This document shows, piece after piece, positions 1 through 10,409 of a stretch of DNA of 64,000 nucleotides. Each line of letters starts with the position of its first letter. The stretch's first letter is position 1. Source of the DNA: an uncultured Candidatus Rokubacteria bacterium. Lineage in GTDB: Bacteria > Methylomirabilota > Methylomirabilia > Rokubacteriales > CSP1-6. A program made the translations under genes and the position numbers. The notes below the pieces were generated by a model that was not told where the DNA came from, did no database searches, and saw only the letters and a list, made by a program, of their open reading frames with translations. Where the stretch lies: assembly GCA_963789955.1 (NCBI GenBank), contig CAWBMV010000034.1, positions 896,001 through 960,000 on the forward strand, written 5' to 3'.

Positions 1-277
1 CGACATGCTCATTGTCCGTGGGGTCAACGTGTTCCCGACCGCCATCGAGGGGGTCGTCAGGCGCTTCTCCGCCATCGAGGAGTTCCAGATCGAGGTCTTC
101 AAGGACGGTGAGCTCGACGAGGTGCGGGTCCTGGTGGAGCTGGACGACGCCTCCGGTGTGTCACCGGTGCGCGAAGCTCTCCGGGCGACCCTCGGGATCA
201 GGCTGGAAGTCGCCGCGGTCCCGGCCCGGAGCCTGCCGCGGTTCGACCTCAAGGCGCGGCGCGTCGTCAGAAGATAG
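1..277 (+). CDS. Phenylacetate-CoA ligase family protein, C-terminal part (runs off window)
   Basis: DMLIVRGVNVFPTAIE...SLPRFDLKARRV matches the AMP-binding C-terminus of PaaK-like ligases. Confidence 0.85.
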   Translation, partial: DMLIVRGVNVFPTAIEGVVRRFSAIEEFQIEVFKDGELDEVRVLVELDDASGVSPVREALRATLGIRLEVAAVPARSLPRFDLKARRVVRR

Positions 278-359
278 CGCTGCCAAAAGCCGTTTTGAAA
301 GGCGCGTAGTTTTGTCCACGCATCGGCTACTATTTTTAGTGCCCCTGTAGCGCCGCGGA

Positions 360-2391
360 ATGAACGAAAACGCGCACGGCGAAGGTAACGGTCCCCGGGC
401 TACGCCCGAAGTGTCGCTCAGCGACACCATCACCATTTTCTTCAGCGATATCCGGGGCTTCACCGACACCACCGAGGAGCTGGGCGACGAGGTCGCCCAC
501 GAGCTCGTGCGCGAGCAGGACGCCATCGTCAGGAGCCACATCGAGGCGTACGGCGGCGACGTCGTCAAGACTCAGGGCGACGGGTTCATGGTCGCCTTCA
601 AGGCCACGCGAGGCGCGATCCTGTGTGCGATCGCGATCCAGAAGGCGATCGCCGCGAAGAACCGCGAGATCGCCGAGAAGAACCGCGACCGCCGAATCGC
701 GATCGGCATCGGCATCAACACCGGCGAGCCGATCCGGCAGGAGGACGGCGACTACATCGGCGGCACGGTGAACCTGGCCGCGCGCATCTGCGCGACCGCC
801 GGGCCGGGTCAGATCCTCGTCGCGGAGTCGACCCGTTACGTCGCCGGCCGTATCGAGCTGAGAAAAGTCGACGGCGGCGGCGTCGTGGAGTACGTCGATC
901 GCGGACTCCAGCCGCTCAAGGGGTTTCCGGAGCCCAAGCGGCTCTTCGAGGTCACGTGGCTCCCGACGACGACGACGATCGGCGAGGAGCTGGCGACCGA
1001 GGCGGCCGCGCTGTCGACCGACGGGCCGGAGATCGCCGCGGTCAGAGCGGCGGTGCTGCGGGCGCTCAACGTGCTGACGCGCGTCCTCGGGATCAGCCAC
1101 CTGGACGATCCGGCGTTTCCGTCTCTTCTCGATTGTCAGGCGAAGGCCAGCGAGCTTCGCGTGGCGGTGTCCCGTGCCGGTAGCCAAGGGCGTAGCGCGA
1201 CCCAGGACAGGGTGCTCGATAGCATCAAGCCGTTCGAGAATCTGCTGACGCTCATGCTCGAGCGCGACACCTTGACCGACGAGCAATGGGCTCAGCTCGA
1301 CACCGCGGTCGCCCGGGTGTTCGGGCGCACGTTGGTGAATGCCGCCGCGCGCGGACGTCTCACGATTGCGATGGCCGAGAAACCGGCGGCGCCGGTCGTC
1401 GCGCCTGCGCCCGAGCCCGTCAGAGAGATCCCGAAAGAGCCGGAGCCGGCGCCGACCCCGAGGCCGGCCGCGGCTCCACGCAGCTCGGTCGCCGCCGCGC
1501 TCGCGCCGCCGCCGCTCGACGAGCGGGCCACCGTCGTTCGCTGGTGGGCCGCCGGATACGCGGCGTGGAGTCAGTGGAAGCCGTCGGGACTCGCCTGGGC
1601 CCACGCGCTGCGGGCGGAGCTGGGGCGATTCCCGTATCTCCTCAGCGTGCACATCCGGACTGCCGCGGATCACGACGACGGCCAGCTGGCCGGGGGATAC
1701 TTCCTCCTCCTCGAGCACGTCGAGAACCATGTCGCCGGGATTCATGCGCACGGTCTTCGACCGCGCGGTCGCTGACGTCGGGGTCGACCCTGAGCGGCTC
1801 GGCCGCAGGCTCTACGAGCTTCTGGTGGACGACGGCCGGCTGCGCGAGACCTACGCGTCGTTCGTGCGCGACGTCATCCAGGTCGCGGTCCCGACACCGG
1901 GGATGTGGGCCGATGCGGGAATCGTCGAGCACGATGATTCCACGACCCTGATCTCGCGGCCGACAGGCTCTATCGGTGATGGGCAGGAAGAATCGGTCCG
2001 GCTGACCGATCCCCACGATCGAGGGGCCGAGCGACGGTTCCTGGTGACCCTGGAGCCGCTGACGACCCGCTTCTTCTACGCCAAGAGCGGAAAGCTGCAG
2101 ACGCCTCGCGACGTCGACGTGCGGCTGACCGCGGGTGACGCGCCGTCGGATCGAGGCTGGTATCTGAGCGTGCGCGACAGCCTCAGCGGGCGATCGGATC
2201 CCAAGCTCATCCCGACCGCGGGCGTGACCATCCCGAACCTCGGCCGCGACAACTTCGGTGTGTGGGTGGCGGTTTTCAACCCTCACCCCGGCGAACGCGC
2301 GACGTACGAGCTGACGATGAGCATCAAGCAGCCTCGTCAGCAGGCCGCCGCTCGATCGATGTTCGCGCGTCCGGGCGGCCCGTCGCGGTGA
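360..2391 (+). CDS. Class III adenylate/guanylate cyclase domain protein with long uncharacterised C-terminus; frameshift near 1730
   Basis: FFSDIRGFT, KTQGDG, IGINTG, GTVNLAARI motifs; coding-like sequence continues from ORF 360-1775 into the 1339-2391 frame (SPGFMRTVFD...). Confidence 0.8.
647..688 (+). repeat. In-frame 21-bp tandem duplication inside the cyclase gene
   Basis: gatcgccgcgaagaaccgcga / gatcgccgagaagaaccgcga, 1 mismatch (IAAKNRE-IAEKNRD). Confidence 0.8.
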
Positions 2392-2690
2392 AGCACGACT
2401 TCGCCGCCTTCAACGTCGGCGGCGTCGAGATGATGCTGCACGCCGACCACACCTACGACAAGCATCCCGGTACGGCCCGCTCACCCGCGGTGAACGTCGC
2501 GGGCTGGGCGCCGAGCTGCGCGTGTTCGGCCTCGACCCGGACGCCGTCGAGCAGCGGGCTCGGGCTCGCGGCGCCAAGGTGGTGCAGCCCGCGACGACCA
2601 AAGGGCACGGCTGGCGCGAGGTCATGGTGGAAGATCCCGACGGCTACCTGTGGGCCGTGGGTGTGCCGACTCCTCGCCACGAGGGTCGTG
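2388..2690 (+). pseudogene. VOC/glyoxalase family fragment, N-terminus missing and frameshifted
   Basis: ...LDPDAVEQRARARGAKVVQPATTKGHGWREVMVEDPDGYLWAVG is a VOC C-terminal motif. Confidence 0.65.
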
Positions 2691-3131
2691 AGCTACATCG
2701 ACGAGACGCTGCTCCCCGACGAGCACGTCGTGTATCGGACCTCGCTGCACCGGATCATCTTCGCGCGTCCTCTCCTGGTCCTGATCGCGGGGGTCGCCGC
2801 CCTGATCGCGTTTCCCAAAGTGCCGCTCGTCGGGGTCCCCGTCGTGCTGCTCGGCGTGCTGCTGTCGGCCTCGCCACTCGTCGCGTACTGGACCACCGAG
2901 TTCGGCGTCACCAACAAACGCATGATCGTGAAGGTCGGGTTCATCCGGCGGCGCACGCTCGAGCTCTTGCTGCGGCAAGTCGAAGCGCTGTCGGTCGACC
3001 AGAGCCTGAGCGGCCGGATGCTCGACTACGGCACGATCACCCTCTCGGGCACGGGCGGCGTCCGCGAAGTCTTCCACCGAGTTCGCGAGCCGCTCGAGCT
3101 GCGCCGCCGCATCCAGGGCCAGGTCGCTTAG
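2688..3131 (+). CDS. Bacterial PH-domain (bPH_2) membrane protein
   Basis: VSYIDETLLPDEHVVY, two TM helices, TTEFGVTNKR...GRMLDYGTITLSGTGG. Confidence 0.8.
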   Translation: MSYIDETLLPDEHVVYRTSLHRIIFARPLLVLIAGVAALIAFPKVPLVGVPVVLLGVLLSASPLVAYWTTEFGVTNKRMIVKVGFIRRRTLELLLRQVEALSVDQSLSGRMLDYGTITLSGTGGVREVFHRVREPLELRRRIQGQVA

Positions 3132-3255
3132 CAGGCTGTTCAGAAGGCCCATCTGCTTCGTTGGCGCCCTCGGCCGCGCGCTCAACGTACATCAGTACGC
3201 CTCGCGCGCGTCCTCGGGCGCCGCCTCGCATCTGGACCCTTCTGAACAGCCTGCT
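3130..3255. mobile_element. About 126-bp MITE-like palindromic element between convergent genes
   Basis: Perfect 18-bp terminal inverted repeats agcaggctgttcagaagg (3130-3147) / ccttctgaacagcctgct (3238-3255); internal arms ggcgccc/gggcgcc, cgcgcg, cgtac/gtacg. Confidence 0.75.
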
Positions 3256-4222
3256 GCTGTTGTTGCTGTTGAGTGCCGATGTCGGCCGCGTTGGTGACGA
3301 CGCGATCGGGTGGGCGCGCCGGGATCTCGCGAAACACCGGGAGATCGATGTGGGTGATCTCCTCGCGCAAGGTCGAGACGACCTTGCCCGGCACGATCTC
3401 CGTGACGACCTCGGCCTTCAACGTCTCCTTCGCGATGCCGCGGTAGATCCCTTTGTTCGGCGGCACGTCGTCGTAGTGGCGGCCGTGACCCACCACGACG
3501 TAGCGGTCGTCCACGGGTCGATTGTGCGTCGGGTCGAAGGGGACCCAGCCGGCCGACGGTGAGTGGAACTCGATCCACGCGTGGCTCTGCGAGGGCTCGC
3601 GCTGCTTGCGCTCGACGTGCAGATACCCGCTCACGTAGCGGCAGGGAATCTGGCGAAGCCGGAGCAGGCCGAGCATCAGGTGCGCAAAGTCCTGGCAGAC
3701 GCCCCCGCCGATCTTCAGGAAATCCTCGGTCGTCGAGTCGTAGGCGGTGACGTTCTTCCGGTACTCGAAGCGCTTGTGGATGTAGGTGCCGAGCGCCAGC
3801 ACCTGCTCACCGGTCGGCGCCGTCGAGGTCAGGCCGATCGCCCGGTGCGCGGCGCGCAGGGCCGGCGACAGCCTCACCGGGCCGCCGAACTCGAGGAAAT
3901 CGCGCAGGGTGTGCGACGGACCGTCGGCGGCCGGCCGCTCGGTGAGCGAGGCGATCGCGACCACGCTCGGCAGGCGGGTCTCGACGAGCGAGCGCGACGA
4001 CACCGCGATCCGATCGTGGAATTTGGTGATCGTGAAGTGGTGGGTGAGGTTGTCGTTCCAGTCGCGATAGCGATGCACGCTGGTCGGCGGCCCGACCGCC
4101 AGCTCGAAGGACGCGACCGCCTGCTGGGGCGTCGTCTTCGGCTGGACGCGCAGCTCGAGGAACGACTCGCTGATGAACGTGTCGTACTCGAACGCGAAGC
4201 GGTGCTCGACTTGCAGGTGCAT
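3182..4222 (-). CDS. Transglutaminase family protein (Bact_transglu_N plus core) with poly-Gln near the C-terminus
   Basis: GVCQDFAH, SHAW and FDPT catalytic motifs; QQQQQQQ encoded at 3251-3271. Confidence 0.9.
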   Translation of the reverse strand: MHLQVEHRFAFEYDTFISESFLELRVQPKTTPQQAVASFELAVGPPTSVHRYRDWNDNLTHHFTITKFHDRIAVSSRSLVETRLPSVVAIASLTERPAADGPSHTLRDFLEFGGPVRLSPALRAAHRAIGLTSTAPTGEQVLALGTYIHKRFEYRKNVTAYDSTTEDFLKIGGGVCQDFAHLMLGLLRLRQIPCRYVSGYLHVERKQREPSQSHAWIEFHSPSAGWVPFDPTHNRPVDDRYVVVGHGRHYDDVPPNKGIYRGIAKETLKAEVVTEIVPGKVVSTLREEITHIDLPVFREIPARPPDRVVTNAADIGTQQQQQQQAVQKGPDARRRPRTRARRTDVR

Positions 4223-5176
4223 CAGGTCACGAAGTACTGCGTCGCGATCGCGTCGTGCGTCTTGGCCAGCTCGCCGACGACACGGTCGAGGAGCCCGACG
4301 AAGTCGCCGCGTCGCATCTGGGCTTCGTCGTCGTACCGGAGATCGGCGTGGAGCCGCCCCATGATCCGCGCCGGCGTGGTGAGCTCGTGGGGGCCGGAGA
4401 GCGCCGCCAGGTAGTCACGGACGACCGAGGCGCCGTAGCGCAGCGAGCGCGGCGAGTCGGCGTCGAAGAGGAGAAAGCCGATGACCAGATTGGGCTCGAG
4501 CCGCGCGCCGTAGACGCGCCGGTAGTTCTCCAGCGACGACAAGCCCGCGCAGGAGCGACCGCCACTGCGTGTAGTAGAGCGGCGCGTCGCCCCGCGCCTC
4601 GGCGGCCAGCAGCGCCGGGAGCTTGGCGCGGAGCACGAGCGCCGAGCGGTAGCTGCGCTCGAGCGACTCGCCGAGCTTGAGGAAGCGCCAGCCCTCGTCG
4701 TGGGTCGAGGTGTGCTCGATCGCGCCGACGACCGTGAAGATACCCTTGTGGATCGCGCCCAGCGCGTCGCGGAACGCCGGGAGATCGGGCATGCCTTTGC
4801 GCTCGTACACCTCGACGGCCCGAAACACCTCGTTGAGCGTCAGGAACACCTCGAGGGTCAGTGCTTCGCGGACAGACCGCGCGTTCTCGCGCGCCTTCCG
4901 GATCGAGAAGTTGATCGAGTACGCGTTGCTCTGGTCGGTGAAGAATGCATGCAGGTAGGGCACCGAGAGCGGCGCGAAGGGCGTGACCTCGCGCGTGAGC
5001 TGCGCCGACGGAAAGATCTCGAGCATGTCCTTCCACGCCGTCTGCGCCAGATCTTCCGCGAGCCCCTGCGTCTCGCTCGAGAAGTCCTCGGTGACCAGCA
5101 GGAGCCGCGTGATGTTCTCGGCCCGCTCGAGGTAGCGCCCCATCCAGTAGAGCGAGTCCGCCACGCGGGACAGCAT
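4222..5176 (-). CDS. Alpha-E domain protein (DUF403); frameshift near 4542
   Basis: [49 protein letters not shown]. Confidence 0.9.
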
Positions 5177-6613
5177 CAGGCGCTTTTCTCGGCCAGCACC
5201 CAGGTGTCCTTGCTGCCACCCCCCTGAGAGGAGTTGACCACGTAGGAGCCCGGCCGCAGCGCCACCCGCGTGAGACCGCCCGGGAGCACGCGGACCGAGT
5301 CGCCGTAGAGGATGAAGGGCCGAAGATCGATGCGGCGGGCCTCGAACTTGCCGTCGACATAGGTCGGGTGAGCGGACAGCTCGACGAGCGGCTGGGCGAT
5401 GTAGTTGCCGGGATTCTTCTTGACCTGCCCGACGTACGTCTCGATCTCCTTCTTGGCCGCGAACGGCCCCATCAGCATGCCGTAGCCGCCGGAGTCGCCG
5501 GTCGTCTTGATCACCAGCTCGTGCGCGTGGTCCTGGATGTACGCGAGATCCGTCGCGCGGGCGCCGAGATAGGTCGGCACCTGCGCCAGCAGCGCGTCCT
5601 CGCCGAGGTAGTAGCGGATCAGCTCCGGCATGAACGCGTAGACGGACTTGTCGTCGGCGACGCCGGCGCCGGGGGCGTTGGCGAGCCCGACGTTGCCCTC
5701 GCGGTAGACGTTCATGAGGCCGGGGACGCCGAGAAGGCTGTCGCGGCGGAACGTCAGGGGGTCGATGAAGTCGTCGTCGACGCGGCGATAGATCACGTCG
5801 ACCTTCTGCTTGCCCTGCGTCGTGCGCATGAAGACGTAGTTGTCCTCGACGATCAGATCGCGGCCCTCGACGAGCGTCACGCCCATCTCGCGCGCCAGGA
5901 ACGAGTGCTCGAAGTACGCCGAGTTCGCCATGCCCGGGCGTCAGGATGACCACGACGGGCTTCTCGCTGAAGCGCGGCGCCGCGTGGAGCAGGGTATCCA
6001 GCAGTAGGGTGGGATAGTCCTTGATCGGCCGAACCGGGTAGTACTTGAAGAATTCCGGGAAGACGCGATTCAAGGTGTTGCGGTTCTCGAGCACGTAGGA
6101 TACGCCCGACGGGCAGCGACAGTTGTCCTCGAGCACGAGGTACTCGCCGGCGCCGTTCCGGATGATGTCGGTGCCGACGACATGCGTGAAGATCTGCCGC
6201 GGCGGGATCACGTTCAGCAGCTCGCGCTTGTACTCACGGCGCGAGAGCACGATCTCGGGCGGAATGATCCGGTCCTTGAGGCACTTCTGGCCTTGATAGA
6301 CGTCGAGGATGAAGAGGTTCAGGGCGGTGACCCGCTGGACGAGCCCGGCCTGCAGGCGCTCCCACTCGCGCGAGGGGATCACGCGAGGCACGAAGTCGAA
6401 CGGGAAGATCCGTTCGGTGCCCTCCTTCTCGCCGTACACCGTGAACGTGATGCCCTGGTCCATCAGCGAGAGCTTCTGCAGACGCTCGCGCCGCTCGATC
6501 TCGCCCTGGGTGAAGCTTTCCAGAATCGACACGAGAGGCCGGTAATGCTGGCGCGCGGTGCCGTTCCGGTCGAATGCCTCGTCGAATGCCTTCTGTTCGG
6601 GCAGCCATTTCAC
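5176..6613 (-). CDS. Circularly permuted type 2 ATP-grasp protein; frameshift near 5935
   Basis: [58 protein letters not shown]. Confidence 0.92.
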
Positions 6614-6702
6614 GCCGCAAGAGTAGCATCCCGGCCGCGATGGGGAGCCGGCGGCGATCCGGAGTTGGAGGTCGGCCGTAGTCATGGTAGTGAAAGGCGG
6701 AG

Positions 6703-7251
6703 ATGGCGACGATCGGCGCGGATCTCGTCAGGCAGATGGCTGCCGGTGACCGGGAGGCCTTTGCTGCGTTCTACGATCGCTACGCTCCGGTCGTCTTCCC
6801 GCTGATCCTCCGCATCGTCCGGGAGCGCGCCGACGCGAGCGACGTCCTCCAGGAAGTCTTCTGGGAGGCCTGGCGAGATGCCCCGGCCTACGACGCCAGC
6901 CGGGGGAGCGCCGAAGCCTGGATGGTCACGCGGGCGCGGACGCGCGCGATCGATCGAATCCGGGCGACCCGCCGCCGGAGCGAGACGTTCGTGGCCCCGC
7001 TGGACGACGGCATCGCTGGGCCGCGCGAGTCGGCGCCGGACGCCGCCGAGCGCGCCGCCGATCGGGGCACGGTCATGACGGCGCTCGATCGGCTGCCCGA
7101 CGCCCAGCGGGAGGTCATCGAGCTCGCGTACTATGCCGGGCTCACGCAGACGGAGATCGCCGAGCGTCTCAAACAGCCGCTCGGTACCGTGAAGACGCGG
7201 ATCAGGCTCGGTCTGGAGCGTCTCCGCGAGGTGGTGAAGGCGAGCGCATGA
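6703..7251 (+). CDS. ECF sigma-70 factor (SigK-like)
   Basis: DVLQEVF, RTRAIDRIR, LAYYAGLTQTEIAERLKQPLGTVKTRIRLGL. Confidence 0.92.
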   Translation: MATIGADLVRQMAAGDREAFAAFYDRYAPVVFPLILRIVRERADASDVLQEVFWEAWRDAPAYDASRGSAEAWMVTRARTRAIDRIRATRRRSETFVAPLDDGIAGPRESAPDAAERAADRGTVMTALDRLPDAQREVIELAYYAGLTQTEIAERLKQPLGTVKTRIRLGLERLREVVKASA

Positions 7252-8042
7252 ACCACGAACCGTACGACACGCTCGCGACGACGTACGCGGTCGGAGCGCT
7301 CGACGGCCAGGAGCGCGTGGATTTCGAGCGCCATCTGGCCGGCGGCTGCGACGTCTGTGAGGCGACCTTGCGCGAATCGGCGGAGGCGCTGGCGACGCTC
7401 GCGCGCTCGCGGCCACCGATGATCCCGCCGCCGGCCGTGAAGGACGAGCTCATGCGCCGCATCGCGGCCACGACACCCGCGCGGCTCGATGCGTCGCGCC
7501 GGCGCCCGCGCCCGCTCGTCTGGGCGGTGGGAACGGTCGCCGCGGCGATCGCGGCCGCCGCGTTCACCGGCACGTACGTCGCGACTCGCTACGAGGCTCA
7601 GCTCGGTGTGATGGCGCGCGAGTCGGCGGCGCTGCGGGCGAGGGTCGAGCGAGAAGAGGCGGCCCTGCGGGAACAGCTCGCGGTCTACCGGAACGCCGCC
7701 GATCTCCTGCGCGATCCTCAGGTGCAGGTCGTCACCTTGCGAGGGCTCGGGCCGAGCCCCGGGGCGACCGGGCGGGTCATCTGGCATCCGGTCAAAGGAG
7801 GCTACGTGTTCGTCGCCAATCTGCCGTCGGCGCCGCCGGGGAAGGCGTACGAGCTGTGGACGATCGGTGACGCGGCGCCGCAACCGGCCGGCGTCTTCCA
7901 GGTCGACGCCTCGGGGCAGGGTGCCCATCGCATCGCGCCGGTCGAGGGCGGCAAGCCCGTGAAGGTCTTCGCCGTCACGCTCGAGACCGAGGCGGGCGTG
8001 CAGCAGCCGGAAGGGCCGATGGTGCTGGCGTCCGCGAAGTAG
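7248..8042 (+). CDS. Anti-sigma factor, RskA-like with zf-HC2
   Basis: ERHLAGGCDVC, TM helix, GKAYELW, FAVTLE...GP; ATGA overlap with the sigma gene. Confidence 0.9.
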   Translation: MNHEPYDTLATTYAVGALDGQERVDFERHLAGGCDVCEATLRESAEALATLARSRPPMIPPPAVKDELMRRIAATTPARLDASRRRPRPLVWAVGTVAAAIAAAAFTGTYVATRYEAQLGVMARESAALRARVEREEAALREQLAVYRNAADLLRDPQVQVVTLRGLGPSPGATGRVIWHPVKGGYVFVANLPSAPPGKAYELWTIGDAAPQPAGVFQVDASGQGAHRIAPVEGGKPVKVFAVTLETEAGVQQPEGPMVLASAK

Positions 8043-8058
8043 AACGGGCCGCCGCGCG

Positions 8059-8617
8059 CTAGCGGCGACGACGACGGGCCGCGTGCAGCACCGCCACGAT
8101 CGTCAGCGAGTCCTTGATCTCGCCGCGCTCGACCATCCGCACCACCTCGTCGAACGGGAACGCGCGCACCTCGATGAACTCCGTCGGATCGGGCGGGAGC
8201 TGGATCGCGCGAAGTCCCTCGGCGAGATAGATGTTCGCGGTCTCGTCCACGACACTCTTCGACGTGTGGTACGAGCACAGCTTCACGAGCCGCTCGGCCT
8301 CGTAGCCCGCTTCTTCCGCGAGCTCGCGCTGAACCGCGGCTTCCTCGCTCTCGCCGGCGTGTCATGGCGCCCGTCGGCATCTCCCAGTAGAAGCTGCCGA
8401 AGACGTAGCGATACTGCCCGACCAGGACGACCGTCTCCGCGTCGAGGAAGGGGAGCACGCCCACGCAGCCGGCGCACTCGACGACGCCGTAGATCGTCGT
8501 GTTCCCGTCGGGAAGCGCGACCTGATCCTCGCGCACGCGGATCCAGCGATTCTCGTACACGGGCCGAGTAGTGAGTCTTCGCCAGGGTGTGCGCGCCAGC
8601 TTGCGGCGGTCCGTCAC
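8059..8617 (-). CDS. NUDIX hydrolase (ADP-ribose pyrophosphatase-like); frameshift near 8362
   Basis: VYENRWIRVRED, QYRY, WEMPTG, then RELAEEAG in the shifted frame. Confidence 0.85.
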
Positions 8618-8700
8618 GACGCGATGACCTCCTGCCGCCCGAGCGGCGGCTGGACTGTAGCACGCGCGGTCCGCGCGAGGAACGGAGGTATACTCGCCCC

Positions 8701-9246
8701 ATGCCTCTTCCCAAGCCCGTCGAAGCGCTGTGGTCTGAGCTCGAGGCGGTGCGCGCCGACATCCTGAGGGAAGCCGAAGGACTTTCGCAGGGTCAGGCCG
8801 ACTGGAAGCCGAGCGAGACGGACTGGTCGGTCGGCGAGGTCGTGCATCATCTGACGCTCGCCGAGGTCGCGACCGGCAAGCTGACCACGAAGCTCACGCG
8901 CGAGGCCGAGGCGGCCGGCGCGTCCGGCCGGTTTCCCGCCGACCTCACCGCGTTCAAGCCGTTCCCGGCGCCGCCGGCGGGCGCGGCCGATGCTCCCGAG
9001 GTCGTCTGGCCCGAGCGCGGCAAGCCGATCGCCGAGCTGCTCTCGACGATGCGGGCCACGCGCGAGCGAAGCCGCCAGTCGATCGAGAAGCTCGGCGCGA
9101 TCGACCCGCGTCCGCTGACATTCAAGCACTTCCGGTTCGGCGAGCTCGATCTCTCGCAGTGGTGGCAGCTGCAGGCGCATCACGACGGCATCCATCTCGC
9201 GCAGATCCGCGAGATCAAGCGCGCGCCGGGGTTCCCCCGCGCGTGA
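8701..9246 (+). CDS. DinB family protein
   Basis: WSVGEVVHHL, HFRFGEL, HHDGIHLAQI. Confidence 0.85.
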   Translation: MPLPKPVEALWSELEAVRADILREAEGLSQGQADWKPSETDWSVGEVVHHLTLAEVATGKLTTKLTREAEAAGASGRFPADLTAFKPFPAPPAGAADAPEVVWPERGKPIAELLSTMRATRERSRQSIEKLGAIDPRPLTFKHFRFGELDLSQWWQLQAHHDGIHLAQIREIKRAPGFPRA

Positions 9247-9467
9247 CCGCCGGGCCCGTGAAGGTCATCCTGCGAAATCCGCGGCGCGAGGTCGACGTCG
9301 TCGGCAACCGGCGGGTGAAGGACATCCTGCGTGAGCTCGAGATCATCCCCGAGACGGTGCTCGTGATCTGCGGCGACGATCTGGTCACGGCCGACCAGGT
9401 GGTCCGCGAGGGCGACACGATCGAGCTGCGACCGGTGATGTCCGGAGGGAGCGCGGGCTCGCGATGA
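9243..9467 (+). CDS. ttuB: MoaD/ThiS-family sulfur carrier (TtuB-like)
   Basis: Ubiquitin-like size, GDTIELRPVMSGG, coupled to the ttuA-like gene; alternative GTG start at 9258. Confidence 0.75.
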   Translation: MTAGPVKVILRNPRREVDVVGNRRVKDILRELEIIPETVLVICGDDLVTADQVVREGDTIELRPVMSGGSAGSR

Positions 9468-10369
9468 AGTGCCGCAAGTGCGGGGAGACCGCCGTCCTCG
9501 AGCTGCGCCGCCACAACGCCGCGTTCTGCGCGCCGGACTTCCTCGAGTTCTTCCGCAACCAGGTCCGCGAGGCGATCCGCAAGCACCGGATGTTCACGCG
9601 CGACGAGACGGTACTGGTCGCCGTCTCCGGCGGCAAGGACTCGCTCGCGCTCTGGGACGTCCTGATCGACGAAGGCTACCGGACGACCGGTCTCTATCTC
9701 GACCTCGGGATCTTCGAGTACTCGATCGAGTCGAAGGCCAAGTGCGAGAAGTTCGCGGCGGCCCGCGGCGTCCCCCTGATCGTCAGCGCCGTGCGCGACG
9801 AGGTCGGCGCGCCCGTGCCGGTCATCAAGGACGTCACGCGGCGGCCGCCGTGCTCCGGCTGCGGCCTCTCGAAGCGCTACCTCATGAATCGGGTGGCGCT
9901 CGACCATGGGATGCCGGTGGTGGCCACCGGCCACAACCTCGACGACGAGGCGGCGACCCTGTTCGGCTCGGTCATGCACTGGCGGACCGAGGCGTTGCCG
10001 CGCCAGTCTCCCGCGCTGGCCTCGACGCACCCGAAGCTGGTGCGGCGCGTGAAGCCGCTCTATCGGCTCTCGGAGCGCGAGACGGCCGCCTTCGCCTTCT
10101 TGCGAAAGATCGACTACATCGTCGAGGAATGCCCGTTCGCGAAGGGGGCCACGTCGATCGCCCACAAGGAGATCCTGAGCCGCATGGAGGACGCCTCGCC
10201 GGGCGCCAAGCACAACTTCCTCTTCGGCTTTCTCGAGCGGGCGCGTCCCGCCTTCGAGAGCGCCGAGGCGGTGCCCCTCAACGAGTGCGCGCGCTGCGGA
10301 CAGGTGACGACCGGCACGATCTGCGCGTTCTGCAAGCTCGCCGACCAGGTGAAGCGCCGGGTTTCGTAG
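9464..10369 (+). CDS. ttuA: tRNA 2-thiolation protein, TtuA/Ncs6 family
   Basis: N- and C-terminal CxxC zinc fingers, SGGKDS PP-loop, PCSGC, TGHNLDD, EECP. Confidence 0.85.
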   Translation: MKCRKCGETAVLELRRHNAAFCAPDFLEFFRNQVREAIRKHRMFTRDETVLVAVSGGKDSLALWDVLIDEGYRTTGLYLDLGIFEYSIESKAKCEKFAAARGVPLIVSAVRDEVGAPVPVIKDVTRRPPCSGCGLSKRYLMNRVALDHGMPVVATGHNLDDEAATLFGSVMHWRTEALPRQSPALASTHPKLVRRVKPLYRLSERETAAFAFLRKIDYIVEECPFAKGATSIAHKEILSRMEDASPGAKHNFLFGFLERARPAFESAEAVPLNECARCGQVTTGTICAFCKLADQVKRRVS

Positions 10370-10409
10370 TTCGTCGCTTCGCCCCGGGTGATCCGGAAAG
10401 GAGGAGGGC

